DNA from: a virus | Lineage: Duplodnaviria > Heunggongvirae > Uroviricota > Caudoviricetes | Virus record (IMG/VR): IMGVR_UViG_3300020048_006428 | Span: 119,178-183,177 of that record | Length of the DNA stretch: 64,000 bases | Strand: one strand, 5' to 3' | Shown here: piece after piece, positions 9,938-20,318 of the stretch | Numbering within the stretch: position 1 is the stretch's first letter | Layout: each line of letters begins with the position of its first letter | Translations under genes and position numbers: made by a program | Notes under the pieces: generated by a model | The model's input: the letters and a program-made list of their open reading frames with translations, nothing else | The model's database searches: none | What the model was told of the DNA's origin: nothing

Positions 9938-10891
9938 ATGATAGAAGAAAAAATATTAAAAGAAAACCCAGATCGTTTCGTTATATTTCCAATACAACAT
10001 CCAGATATTTGGCAATTTTATAAAGATCACAAATCTGCTTTTTGGACAGCAGAAGAAATTGATTTAGTTGAAGACATTAGAGATTGGAATAATTTATCCG
10101 ATAATGAAAGATATTTCATTAAAAGTATATTATCCTTTTTTGCAGCAAGTGATGGTATTGTAAATGAAAATTTGGCACAAAATTTTTGTAATGAAGTTCA
10201 ATATCCAGAAGCTAAATTTTTCTATGCTTTTCAAATGGCTATGGAAAATATACATTCAGAAACATATTCATTACTTATAGAAACATATATAACTGATTCT
10301 GATGAAAAAGATGAATGTTTTCATGCACTTGATAGATTACCTGCGGTAGCGAAAAAAGCAAAATGGGCATTAGATTGGATTGAAAATTCTTCTTTCCAAG
10401 AAAGGTTAGTAGCTTTTGCAGCAGTTGAAGGTATTTTCTTTTCTGGATCATTTTGTTCAATATTTTGGTTGAAATCAAGGGGTATAATGCAAGGATTAGC
10501 TAATGCAAATGCCTTAATATTCAAGGACGAGAATTTACATACTGAATTCGCTATACATCTTTTGAATAACCACATAGAAAATAAACCATCTGAAAAAAGA
10601 ATTAAAGAGATATTATTATCTGCATTAGAAATCGAAAAAGAATTTATAACAGAATCATTGCCTGTTAGTTTAATTGGTATGAATTCAAATCTAATGAAGC
10701 AATATTTGGAATTTGTTGTTGATGGTTTATTAGTTAAATTTGGCTGTAAAAAACAATTTAATGTTGAACAACCATTCAAATTTATGGAATCAATTGGAAT
10801 GGAAACAAAGGGCAACTTTTTTGAATCAAGAACAATTGAATATCAAAAAGCTAAAATAAATGAATCTTTCAAATTAACTGAAGATTTCTAA
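9938..10891 (+). CDS. nrdB: Ribonucleotide reductase class Ia beta subunit
   Basis: FWTAEEIDL, FFAASDGIVNENL, ENIHSETY (radical Tyr), VEGIFFSGSF, DENLH di-iron motifs. Confidence 0.97.
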   Translation: MIEEKILKENPDRFVIFPIQHPDIWQFYKDHKSAFWTAEEIDLVEDIRDWNNLSDNERYFIKSILSFFAASDGIVNENLAQNFCNEVQYPEAKFFYAFQMAMENIHSETYSLLIETYITDSDEKDECFHALDRLPAVAKKAKWALDWIENSSFQERLVAFAAVEGIFFSGSFCSIFWLKSRGIMQGLANANALIFKDENLHTEFAIHLLNNHIENKPSEKRIKEILLSALEIEKEFITESLPVSLIGMNSNLMKQYLEFVVDGLLVKFGCKKQFNVEQPFKFMESIGMETKGNFFESRTIEYQKAKINESFKLTEDF

Positions 10892-10909
10892 AAATAAAAA
10901 ATAAAAAAT

Positions 10910-13297
10910 ATGTCTTTAAAAATTTTAAAAAGAAGTGGGGAAGAAACTTCATTTAATCCAACAAAAATACACAATAGAATTAAGAAAACTTCTAAGGGGT
11001 TGAATGTAAAATCAGATGAAATATTTATAAAAGTTATAACTTCTGTTCCAACAGAAGGTGTTATATCCACTAAACAATTGGATAAATTAATATCTGAAAT
11101 TGCAGCAGCTTATACAGGAGATCACCATGATTATTCAAAATTTTCTGCAAATGTAGCTGTTTCATCTTATCACAAAGAAACAAAAGAAAGTTTTTGTGAT
11201 ACTATGATTGAATTACACAAATTAAATATTGTCCATGATAAGCTAATAGATATTATAAATGAATATGGTAAAGAAAATATAGACAATATTATAAAACATA
11301 ATAATGATTATAATTTTGATTATTTTGCTTGGCGTACTTTATTAGAAATGTATCTTTTAAAAACTAACGAAGGTGTTACTATTGAAAGACCACAACATAT
11401 GTTTATGAGAATTGCTTTGTGGGTAACTGATTCATTTGATGATGCAGTTGATTATTACAATTCTTTATCAACACAATTGATATCAAAAGCAACACCAATT
11501 ATGATAAATTCGGGTACTAAGATACCACAATTGGCTTCTTGTGTTTTACATTATAATGATGGTGATTCGAGAGAAGGATTATTAAATACATTTCATGATA
11601 TTGCATCTTATTCTGCTGATGCAGCGGGTATTGGATTGTGTATGACTAACATAAGATCAAAGGAAAGTAGACTAAGTTCGTCAGGTGGTTTTTCAGGTGG
11701 TCTTTTGAAATATCTTAAAATCGTAAATGAAGGCTTGCGTTTTTTCAATCAACAAGGAAGAAGACCAGGTTCAGCAGCTATTTATATTGAACCTTGGCAC
11801 AAAGACTTATTGGATTTATTAGATATTAAAAAGAATACGGGAAAAGATGAAATGAGGGCTAGAGATTTATTCACTGCTTTATGGATACCTGATAACTTTA
11901 TGAATGCAGTTATGAATGATGAAGATTGGTATTTATTTTGTCCAAATGATATAATAAAGGCTGGTATTAAGCCATTACAAGAAACATATGGTGATGAATA
12001 TGAAGCGAATTATAAAAAAGCTATTGAATTAGGTATAGGTAAGAAAATAAAAGCACAAGAAGTTTGGAATAAAATAATTGAATCTCAAATTGAAACAGGT
12101 GTTCCATATTTATGTTCCAAAGATAGTGCAAATAGAAAGACAAATCATCAAAATATTGGTGTTATTAAGCAATCAAATTTATGTGCTGAAATTTTTCAAT
12201 ATACAGATGAAGAAACAACTGCAATATGTACTTTATCTTCGGTTATATTGAAAAATTACATAAAAGATGGTAAATTTGATTTTGATTTATTGATAAGTGA
12301 AACTAAGAAAATAGTAAGATCTTTAAATAAAGTAATTGATATTAATAATTATTCAAGCAGGAAAGGTAAGAAAGGTGGATTAGAGCAGAGATCAATTGCA
12401 ATTGGAACACAAGGTTTAGCAGATGTTTTTTTCCTTTTAGATTATGTTTTTGGATCAAATGATGCAATTGAATTAAATAAAAAAATATTTGAAACAATAT
12501 ATTTTGCTTCCATAACAGAAAGTATGAATCTTTGTAAAAGTGGTAAATATAAACCATACGATTTCTATGAAGGATCACCAATGTCAGAAGGTATTTTTCA
12601 ATTTGATATGTGGGGAATTGATAATAGCGAATTACATTATGATTGGAATGAATTAAAAGAAGAAGTTAAAAAATATGGTGTTTGTAATTCATTATTAACA
12701 GCACAAATGCCCGTAGCCGGTTCGGCAAAAATTTCTGGATCGTATGAAATGACTGAACCAGCACATTCTGCAATTTTTACAAGACGTGTTATTGGTGGTG
12801 AAATAATCATAGTAAATAAATATTTGATTAATGATTTTGAAAAATTAGGTATATGGAGTGAAGATTTCAAAAATGAAATAATTATGAATGATGGTTCTAT
12901 ACAAAATATAAATTTCAATAATTATTTAGATATAGAAGACAAAAAATATAATTTTAAAGTAAAAAGAATTGAACATTTAATACAGAAATATAGAACAATT
13001 TGGGAAATAAAACAAAGGGAATTAATTGATATGGCAGCAGATAGAGCACCATTCATTGATCAGTCACAATCAATGAATATCTATATGGATAGTCCTACTT
13101 TATCTAAAATTTCATCAGCACATTTTCATAGTTGGAGTAAGGGCTTAAAAACACTTTGTTATTATGTAAGAACAAGAGCAATTTCAACAGGTGCAAAACA
13201 CTTAGCAATTGATTTATCAAAAAGTGAACTTAAACCAGGGAATATACCAACTAAACCAGATGATTCCCCATTTGATTGTTTTGGTTGTTCATCTTAA
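10910..13297 (+). CDS. nrdA: Ribonucleotide reductase class Ia alpha subunit with ATP cone
   Basis: N-terminal ATP cone, ERPQH, QLASC, SNLCAE, DQSQSMN, LCYYVR and C-terminal CFGC. Confidence 0.97.
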   Translation: MSLKILKRSGEETSFNPTKIHNRIKKTSKGLNVKSDEIFIKVITSVPTEGVISTKQLDKLISEIAAAYTGDHHDYSKFSANVAVSSYHKETKESFCDTMIELHKLNIVHDKLIDIINEYGKENIDNIIKHNNDYNFDYFAWRTLLEMYLLKTNEGVTIERPQHMFMRIALWVTDSFDDAVDYYNSLSTQLISKATPIMINSGTKIPQLASCVLHYNDGDSREGLLNTFHDIASYSADAAGIGLCMTNIRSKESRLSSSGGFSGGLLKYLKIVNEGLRFFNQQGRRPGSAAIYIEPWHKDLLDLLDIKKNTGKDEMRARDLFTALWIPDNFMNAVMNDEDWYLFCPNDIIKAGIKPLQETYGDEYEANYKKAIELGIGKKIKAQEVWNKIIESQIETGVPYLCSKDSANRKTNHQNIGVIKQSNLCAEIFQYTDEETTAICTLSSVILKNYIKDGKFDFDLLISETKKIVRSLNKVIDINNYSSRKGKKGGLEQRSIAIGTQGLADVFFLLDYVFGSNDAIELNKKIFETIYFASITESMNLCKSGKYKPYDFYEGSPMSEGIFQFDMWGIDNSELHYDWNELKEEVKKYGVCNSLLTAQMPVAGSAKISGSYEMTEPAHSAIFTRRVIGGEIIIVNKYLINDFEKLGIWSEDFKNEIIMNDGSIQNINFNNYLDIEDKKYNFKVKRIEHLIQKYRTIWEIKQRELIDMAADRAPFIDQSQSMNIYMDSPTLSKISSAHFHSWSKGLKTLCYYVRTRAISTGAKHLAIDLSKSELKPGNIPTKPDDSPFDCFGCSS

Positions 13298-13304
13298 AAT
13301 TATT

Positions 13305-13336
13305 AAAAAAGCAGAATCAAATGATTCTGCTTTTTT
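13305..13336. terminator. Intrinsic terminator hairpin
   Basis: AAAAAAGCAGAATC-AAAT-GATTCTGCTTTTTT right after nrdA. Confidence 0.85.
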
Positions 13337-13420
13337 AAACATTTATTTGGTGGTAAAACATAATGAAACAACAACTTTATCTAAATAATTAATAAAATAA
13401 TAAAATTAATTTTTAATTAA

Positions 13421-14179
13421 ATGGGAATTGTAGATATAATAAAAAGTGTATTATCTAATACAAAAAAAATTGATTTAACCAAATTACCAAGTCAAGGTTA
13501 TTTTTATCAAACGGATTTCTTTATAAAAATAAAGAAAGCATCTATTGAAGATATAATAGAATATGAACATAATTATAGTAAAGAAAATTTATATTCAGTT
13601 ATTGAAGCTATTAAAAAAATAGTCCGTAAAAATACAACATTTTCAACTGGCTATTACTTTGAAGATATTAAAAGTGTTGATGTTGTTTATATATTTTTAG
13701 AAATAGTAAAATATTCATTAAATAAAAAAATTAACATATCCTATTTCAATGATAAAATAGGAAAAGAAGATTTTATAGAATTTGATAGTTCAAATTTTAA
13801 CTATTTTGATTTTAGTAATTATGAATATGATTCTGAAAATCGTGAAATATTAGTTGATGGATATAGATTCTCAATGCCATCCATTGGTGTAGAAAATTGT
13901 CTAACTTATTATTTATCAAATAAGTTAGAACATAATAAAAGTTATGGTGATTATAATTATGATTTTATATTCTTAACAGGAAATGCAAATAATTTAACCT
14001 TTGAACAAATTGATAATTTAGTTACAATATTTAATGTTGATTTAGATGATAGTGAATTAGAATTGATAGGAAATATGAATAGGAAATTTATGGATGTTAT
14101 TGGATATTCATTAAAGGTTAATAATAGAATAGTTGATTTAAAATCAAAATTAAATTTGGAAAAAATATGGAAAGATTAG
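13421..14179 (+). CDS. Putative T4 gp26-like baseplate-hub assembly protein
   Basis: LPSQGYFY...IKKASIEDI...DVVYIFLEIV resembles the LPSxGxxY gp26-like family. Confidence 0.45.
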   Translation: MGIVDIIKSVLSNTKKIDLTKLPSQGYFYQTDFFIKIKKASIEDIIEYEHNYSKENLYSVIEAIKKIVRKNTTFSTGYYFEDIKSVDVVYIFLEIVKYSLNKKINISYFNDKIGKEDFIEFDSSNFNYFDFSNYEYDSENREILVDGYRFSMPSIGVENCLTYYLSNKLEHNKSYGDYNYDFIFLTGNANNLTFEQIDNLVTIFNVDLDDSELELIGNMNRKFMDVIGYSLKVNNRIVDLKSKLNLEKIWKD

Positions 14180-14221
14180 AAAAATCTAATTAATGAGTTT
14201 TCATTTATCATATATATTAAT

Positions 14222-14932
14222 ATGATAAATGAACTTATTTTAGGCGATTGTTTTGATTTATTACCAAATATCAAAAGTAAATCAATAGATTTAATATTAA
14301 TAGATCCACCATATTTTATATCAAAAGATTCTAATTATACAAAGGTTAATGATAATACATCTGATTTGATGAAGTTGAAATATTCAAAATTATCAATTGA
14401 TTATGGTGACTGGGATAAAAAAGATATAGATTTTGAATTTTTATTTAAAGAATATTATAGAATTTTAAAAAAAGGTGGGACAATAATAATATTCTATGAT
14501 ATTTGGAAAGCAGCAGATATTAAAAAGATTGCTAATGATGTAGGATTTAAACAACCACGTGTTTGTTGTTGGATTAAAAACAATCCAGTTCCAATAAATT
14601 CAAAATGTAATTATTTATCAAATGCTTCTGAATATTTCTTTACTTTTGTAAAACATTCCAAACCAACATTTAATTCTAAATATGATAAAGGATTCTACAA
14701 CTATCCATTATGTCATGGTAAAGAAAGATTTAATCACCCAACTCAAAAACCATACGGATTAATTAAAGAGTTAATTTTAAAACATTCAAATGAAGGTGAT
14801 TTGGTATTAGATACATTTGCAGGAACATATACAACATCTGTTGTATGTAGAGATTTAAATAGAAATTTTATATCTATTGAAAAAGAAGAAAAATATTTTA
14901 AAATTGGAAAAGAAAGATATGATAAAGATTAA
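14222..14932 (+). CDS. DNA amino-methyltransferase (N6-A/N4-C, beta class)
   Basis: DPPY catalytic motif near the N-terminus, then HPTQKP and DTFAGTYTT (motif I, last Gly replaced by Tyr). Confidence 0.9.
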   Translation: MINELILGDCFDLLPNIKSKSIDLILIDPPYFISKDSNYTKVNDNTSDLMKLKYSKLSIDYGDWDKKDIDFEFLFKEYYRILKKGGTIIIFYDIWKAADIKKIANDVGFKQPRVCCWIKNNPVPINSKCNYLSNASEYFFTFVKHSKPTFNSKYDKGFYNYPLCHGKERFNHPTQKPYGLIKELILKHSNEGDLVLDTFAGTYTTSVVCRDLNRNFISIEKEEKYFKIGKERYDKD

Positions 14933-15317
14933 AAATTCACAATTAAATAATGAAACAATATCATCATTAAATTATTTAATGGATATGGAAATAAATGCAA
15001 AATTAGCATTTAAACTAATGAAGATAATAAAAGAAATTTCTTCCTTAGTAGAAGATAAACTAAAATTAGAAAAGAGAATTTTAGAAAAAAATTTAGAAAG
15101 AGATGATAGTGGTAATCCAATAACGGCATTAGATGATAATGGCAATGTTATACAAGGGGGATTTAAAATTAAAAATTCAGAAGATTTTAATAAGGAAATG
15201 GGTGAACTTATGTCTTATGAAAATCAAATTGAATTTGATAAAATTGGATTTGATGATTTGGATTTAAAAACTGCTAAAATAAAAGATTTGATGAAAATTG
15301 AATTTTTGTTTATATGA
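14919..15317 (+). CDS. Hypothetical protein
   Basis: The in-frame ATG at 14919 (MIKIKNSQL) is more plausible than the track start at 14877; helical AKLAFKLMKIIKEI segment. Confidence 0.6.
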   Translation: MIKIKNSQLNNETISSLNYLMDMEINAKLAFKLMKIIKEISSLVEDKLKLEKRILEKNLERDDSGNPITALDDNGNVIQGGFKIKNSEDFNKEMGELMSYENQIEFDKIGFDDLDLKTAKIKDLMKIEFLFI

Positions 15318-15412
15318 TTATATTAACAGAATACCAAAAAAAATCACTAAAACAATTAAGAAGAATATATTTTTTTAACTGTTTAAAAAAATATATAATT
15401 AATAATGAATAA
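15314..15412 (+). CDS. Putative 32-aa microprotein
   Basis: MIILTEYQKKSLKQLRRIYFFNCLKKYIINNE; ATGA overlap with the upstream stop; below the ORF-track cutoff. Confidence 0.4.
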   Translation: MIILTEYQKKSLKQLRRIYFFNCLKKYIINNE

Positions 15413-15509
15413 TAGAATCTACCCACCAGAAACATTTAAAGAAAGTATGATGCATATTATAAAATTGATTAGGATTAAAAGAATTAAACAAATACTCAGT
15501 AAAATTTGA
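15405..15509 (+). CDS. Putative 34-aa microprotein with C-terminal RxxRIxxIL motif
   Basis: MNNRIYPPETFKESMMHIIKLIRIKRIKQILSKI; overlaps the previous micro-ORF. Confidence 0.45.
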   Translation: MNNRIYPPETFKESMMHIIKLIRIKRIKQILSKI

Positions 15510-15576
15510 GTATTTGTTTTTTTTACCACAATTAAGATTAGATAATTTAATATATAATAAAAATTGAACTTAATTA

Positions 15577-17205
15577 ATGGCCACTTATAGTATAGGAACA
15601 CCACCAACAGATGCTACAAAATTATTAGACTTACAATCTGCTTTAAATATATTGCCTGATAACACATCTAAGTTAATACAACCAAAAGATGTTAGAGATT
15701 CTATATATACATTATGGGAAAATATTATATTTAAACCTACAACTGCATTAGGAACAGAATATATTGGGGTTGATCAAACATCAGTTCAAAAGAAAATTTA
15801 TTTTGGTAAAAAAACAGTTGGTGGACAATATGTATTAAATAACAATTTACTATCTACTGATGTAGATATGTTTTTCTATAACACAAAGACTGAACCACAA
15901 TCAGATTATAACACAACAGTAGCATTCTTAGCCGGAACAAGTTCAAATTATAAATTAGGTCAATTAGATGCACCATATATAAAATCAACTGATATAACTA
16001 ACCCAGGTTATTCAAATACAATAGACTTTGAAATTATAAATCCATCATATTATACAATTAGTGGAACAAATACAGGTGGAAATATTAATATTTATAGCCA
16101 AAATGGTAATGTTGTATTAAATGGTACAAGATTCCCAACATATACAGAAAATACTGTTGGTATAGCACAAAATAACTATGTGTTGAAATATAAATGGATT
16201 GGTGGAACACCATATGCAAAATGGGAAATTAACTCAACAGCAAGCGTTACAGATATAATATCAACAGGTACAGTTTCTATAACAGGAAGTCCAGTTTTAT
16301 TAAATGGAATACCTATTAATTTTAGTTATAATATACCAACACCTGTAACTATTGGTGGTATACCAGCAGGTTCAACATTTAGTAATGTTCCTGTTACTGA
16401 AATGATTAGAATGATATTATATCCATATATAGAACCATTATTATCAACAAGTATGAACTATACACTAATTGAAATTGGTGATAATACATCAGCGGGTTTA
16501 GTAAGATTTAATTATACTATTACAAGAAATGCAACTTATAGTATAAATGGATTAAGTCTTGTCGGTGGTTTTTCGGGTGCTTTAATAACACCAGGTTTAA
16601 TAGTAAATGGTGTTACATCAAGTCAAGTGATACCAACAATAAATATGGTTTCATTAGTAAGTAGTCCAGATTCATACGGAACATTTTCTTGGACAATGAA
16701 TTTATCTGATACATATCCAACATCAAAGACTTCAACTTCAACAATAACTGCTGTATTACCTTGGTATTATGGAACAGCAACTATATCATCAACACAATCA
16801 CTTGGTATAGATGCTATCTTAGGAACACAATCAAATCCTATATCTGGTATATTAACTCCAATTTTAGCAAATCCAGCAACTTATTCTGATGCAGCATTTA
16901 ATAAAACAGTAACACTAACAACATCAGTATTAAGTGGAAATCAAGGATATATTTATTTTGGATATCCAAGTGATTATGCTGATTTAGCAGAAATACTTGA
17001 TCCAAATGGTTATGATGTAACTGGATCTTTTTATAAATTCACAGTATCTGGTATAGGTTCACCATTACCAAATTTATTTTGGTCAGGTAGAAGTTACAAG
17101 TTTTATATTTATGTTGGTTCATCTCCTGGTGCATCAACCCCATTATTAACAACAATCGGATCGTCACCAAGTTATAGTGGTGATTATCAATTTAAATTTG
17201 TATAA
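15577..17205 (+). CDS. Putative virion structural / tail-associated protein
   Basis: Thr/Ser/Gly-rich, beta-type composition; TTTAATATATA at 15546. Confidence 0.6.
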   Translation: MATYSIGTPPTDATKLLDLQSALNILPDNTSKLIQPKDVRDSIYTLWENIIFKPTTALGTEYIGVDQTSVQKKIYFGKKTVGGQYVLNNNLLSTDVDMFFYNTKTEPQSDYNTTVAFLAGTSSNYKLGQLDAPYIKSTDITNPGYSNTIDFEIINPSYYTISGTNTGGNINIYSQNGNVVLNGTRFPTYTENTVGIAQNNYVLKYKWIGGTPYAKWEINSTASVTDIISTGTVSITGSPVLLNGIPINFSYNIPTPVTIGGIPAGSTFSNVPVTEMIRMILYPYIEPLLSTSMNYTLIEIGDNTSAGLVRFNYTITRNATYSINGLSLVGGFSGALITPGLIVNGVTSSQVIPTINMVSLVSSPDSYGTFSWTMNLSDTYPTSKTSTSTITAVLPWYYGTATISSTQSLGIDAILGTQSNPISGILTPILANPATYSDAAFNKTVTLTTSVLSGNQGYIYFGYPSDYADLAEILDPNGYDVTGSFYKFTVSGIGSPLPNLFWSGRSYKFYIYVGSSPGASTPLLTTIGSSPSYSGDYQFKFV

Positions 17206-17222
17206 AAAATAATTAATTAAAA

Positions 17223-18674
17223 ATGTCTGGAATTAGTATAATATCTAATTTTGATTTAAATCAAACTGTTCCATTAGATTCAAGATTGGTTGCTTCAAAC
17301 TCTACAGCAAGAGATGCAATCCAATATAAATACGATGGTTTAAAAGTATATCAACTAAGTGATGGTAAATCATATCTATGGAATGGTGTTACTTGGAGTA
17401 TTGATGGAAATGGTATTTATGGTGGAAGTGGTTCATTATTAGGAAATACAGAAATATCATTAGGTAATATTGGTGGTAGTGTTAATGATACATCTTATAG
17501 TTTATCACAGAAAGGTCAAGCAAATACAAATGTAGTTTATTTTGAAAATGAATTTTCAAGACACACAGGAGCAGTCTCTAGTAATGAATGGCTTGGATTG
17601 GAATATAAACAACAATTTAAATATTATAATGGGACTACATTATATGAAAGTGCTTATATAGCATATAACCCAATTGATCCAAATAGCAAACGTGGTGGTA
17701 TATCATTTAACACAGGCGATGGGGCATCTTATACTTTGTCGGAAAAAATGAGAATAACACCAGATGGAAAGATTGGTATAAACACAAATGATCCAAAGGG
17801 TGATTTACAAATTGGAACAAGTAGCGTTATTTTCAAGCCAATAGTCATACACACTAAATCAATTGGAAATATAGCGACTATTGGACACAACTGGTATCCA
17901 AGTGGAACTGGTACAGATTTAAATTTTGATTCTACTATTGGTTCATCAAAAATAGTTCAGAATAATGGTAATATAATAATTCAAAATAGACCAGCAAATG
18001 GAACATATAATAATACTCTTTTTGTTGGTACTGCAAGTAGAGTTGGTATAATGACAACTACTCCAGGTGCTACATTAGATGTAAATGGTACTATAAAGGG
18101 TAATAATCTAATAGTTAATGGTAGTGCAACAGTAAGTAGTGGAGATTTAGTAGTTCAGACAGGTGCAATATTAAATTATGAAATACCAACTAATTTGACT
18201 TGGGTTGATAATAAAGTTATATGGTCAAATAATAATATTTGGAACGGTGCAGCAATAAATGGTGGTAGTTTTAGTTCTAATTGGAATTTATCAACAGAAG
18301 CATATAGAATTGGCAATTTAATTAATTTAAAAATTGAATTAGAAAGTTTAATCAATCCATCATTTTCAACTGGATTTTATGGTATAATATTAAAAGTTTC
18401 TTCAAGTAAGTTTAGACCAAATACATCATATTATGGATTGGGAAATGGTTGGGCAACATATAATGCTACACCTACATATACATCACCTATTATAATTGAA
18501 ACATTCACAAGTGATCCTTCAACTGGTGGAAGTGGTGTAACCACTTTAAGTGGAAATGAGTTTTGGATTAGAATAAGAGTATTCAAAGGAAATACATCAA
18601 CCTATGGTAATGACTTCCTAGGAAGTCATAATAGTATGCAATTCAGGGGAAATATAACTTATGTTGGAAATTAG
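17223..18674 (+). CDS. Putative tail fibre protein
   Basis: PLDSRLV N-terminus; EKMRITPDGKIGINTNDP and RVGIMTTTPGATLDVNG fibre-type repeats. Confidence 0.6.
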   Translation: MSGISIISNFDLNQTVPLDSRLVASNSTARDAIQYKYDGLKVYQLSDGKSYLWNGVTWSIDGNGIYGGSGSLLGNTEISLGNIGGSVNDTSYSLSQKGQANTNVVYFENEFSRHTGAVSSNEWLGLEYKQQFKYYNGTTLYESAYIAYNPIDPNSKRGGISFNTGDGASYTLSEKMRITPDGKIGINTNDPKGDLQIGTSSVIFKPIVIHTKSIGNIATIGHNWYPSGTGTDLNFDSTIGSSKIVQNNGNIIIQNRPANGTYNNTLFVGTASRVGIMTTTPGATLDVNGTIKGNNLIVNGSATVSSGDLVVQTGAILNYEIPTNLTWVDNKVIWSNNNIWNGAAINGGSFSSNWNLSTEAYRIGNLINLKIELESLINPSFSTGFYGIILKVSSSKFRPNTSYYGLGNGWATYNATPTYTSPIIIETFTSDPSTGGSGVTTLSGNEFWIRIRVFKGNTSTYGNDFLGSHNSMQFRGNITYVGN

Positions 18675-19351
18675 GATAGTTTTTCAAACCAATAATTAAA
18701 GTAAATAAAATTATCATTTAATAAGGTATATAATTCGTTATTATACCTTATTATTATTTTATTATCAAAAGCTCTAACAACTTCAACAATTGTATTTTTT
18801 TCTATTTTTGCTAATTTTCCAGTTTCTACTGAATAACATATAACATAATCATTCAATAATCTATACTTGTCACTTTTAGGATGTAACCATTGTTTAATAT
18901 TTTTTACTAACAATCCTTTTGTTTTAATTACCCATTCTTTAGCTTGAACCAAATCAGAATCTTTAAATATTTCTGAATTCATAATTGGATTTTCTGAAAG
19001 AATATTTTTAATTTCCCCAAAATATTCTTCTTCATCAACTACAAAACTAATATAAACATCATAATGAACATGATCTTTAGTTATTATTCTTAATATCTTT
19101 AGTGATGTTATCTGCTGTTGGTCTAACATCAACTTTGATTTCAAATTTCTATATAAAGATCCACCAGAAAGAGTTGTCATTATATTACCTAATCTATCAA
19201 TACCTGCCCTTATTGCATCTTGATGTTTATCAAAAGCATTTTGTGACAATTGTGGATTATCAACTTGAACAGACATTTGTGCAGAATCTGGATTTAAACG
19301 ATTTGCATTGAACTCTGAAAATTCTAATATTAATTTGTTTCTTCTTTTCAT
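18671..19351 (-). CDS. Hypothetical protein
   Basis: 226-aa ORF with upstream TTTAATATATA (minus strand, 19376-19366). Confidence 0.65.
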   Translation of the reverse strand: MKRRNKLILEFSEFNANRLNPDSAQMSVQVDNPQLSQNAFDKHQDAIRAGIDRLGNIMTTLSGGSLYRNLKSKLMLDQQQITSLKILRIITKDHVHYDVYISFVVDEEEYFGEIKNILSENPIMNSEIFKDSDLVQAKEWVIKTKGLLVKNIKQWLHPKSDKYRLLNDYVICYSVETGKLAKIEKNTIVEVVRAFDNKIIIRYNNELYTLLNDNFIYFNYWFEKLS

Positions 19352-19353
19352 AA

Positions 19354-19376
19354 TTTAATATATATTATATATTAAA
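19354..19376. promoter_or_regulatory. Palindromic overlapping pair of putative late promoters
   Basis: TTTAATATATA-T-TATATATTAAA between divergent genes starting at 19351 (-) and 19393 (+). Confidence 0.55.
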
Positions 19377-19392
19377 AAAAATAATTATAAAT

Positions 19393-19701
19393 ATGAAGAT
19401 TAAAAAGTTTTTTGAACAAGATGAAAACTTATCACTTTCAGAAGATAAAATAAAAGAAATGATTGATAAAATTTCTGAAATAAGTTCACTTATTGATAAT
19501 AAGAAAGTAGATATAACATCTATGTTAAATAGCTTATCAAATTTGAAATCAAAATCAAAAAAATCAAATACACAGATTGATGATTCATATTTATATTTAG
19601 AATCCATATCTAATAAAATAGATGATATAATATCAACATTTGATGTGATAAACAACAATTTAAATGACTACTATGAATCAGGAGAACGATACCTATATTA
19701 A
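19393..19701 (+). CDS. Hypothetical coiled-coil protein with N-terminal tag (MKIKKFFE)
   Basis: ORF with promoter motif upstream. Confidence 0.65.
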   Translation: MKIKKFFEQDENLSLSEDKIKEMIDKISEISSLIDNKKVDITSMLNSLSNLKSKSKKSNTQIDDSYLYLESISNKIDDIISTFDVINNNLNDYYESGERYLY

Positions 19702-19864
19702 AGATAATATATTACTTGGAAATAAATCCAATAACAGCGGATATATTTTTGTACCATATATTATTAAAACTATGACTGCAACAATATCGGAAGGTTATAC
19801 CAAAAATTGGTCAAGAAGATATAGAATTAGTAAAATATTAAATAAGATAAGATATGGATTATAA
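19664..19864 (+). CDS. Small hypothetical protein
   Basis: ORF ending RRYRISKILNKIRYGL; start uncertain. Confidence 0.45.
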   Translation: MTTMNQENDTYIKDNILLGNKSNNSGYIFVPYIIKTMTATISEGYTKNWSRRYRISKILNKIRYGL

Positions 19865-20318
19865 AGATAGATCAGAATATAGATATGAATTTTTTACCAG
19901 ATATGAAGATAATGGACTAATCTTATTAGAAGACGAATATATATTAGATGTTAATAGATTAATATATGAAAAACAATCTATAACACGCTGCCCCAATCAC
20001 ATCACGCAAGGTTTGCGCCTTGGCCAAACTTTAAATAAAGTTACAATTACACATAATGATAAATATTTTAATCATTTATCTAAAAATATTAAATTTAATA
20101 ATAAAGCAACAATTATTATTAAAAATAGAATGGGTCAACTATTAGATAGAATTACTTTTTTCATATCAAAAGTAGTTATTAAAGATGATGTGCTCATAGT
20201 TGAATATAATGTTACTAATTTACCTTATGATTGGATATCAGATAATGAAATAAATATTTATAAAAATAATAAAGTCTCTTTTTTAAGAGACTTTAAGATA
20301 AATTCAATTTTGGAATAA
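19854..20318 (+). CDS. Hypothetical protein with C-terminal RDFKINSIL motif
   Basis: 154-aa ORF. Confidence 0.6.
   Translation: MDYKDRSEYRYEFFTRYEDNGLILLEDEYILDVNRLIYEKQSITRCPNHITQGLRLGQTLNKVTITHNDKYFNHLSKNIKFNNKATIIIKNRMGQLLDRITFFISKVVIKDDVLIVEYNVTNLPYDWISDNEINIYKNNKVSFLRDFKINSILE

Noticed and set aside
18720-18752. 11-bp inverted repeat near convergent stops
   Set aside because: It is AT-rich, lies inside a CDS and has no clean U-tract; could be chance.
19720-19790. Major capsid protein fragment suggested by GYIFVPYI
   Set aside because: The similarity is only about 8 residues in a 66-aa ORF; insufficient.
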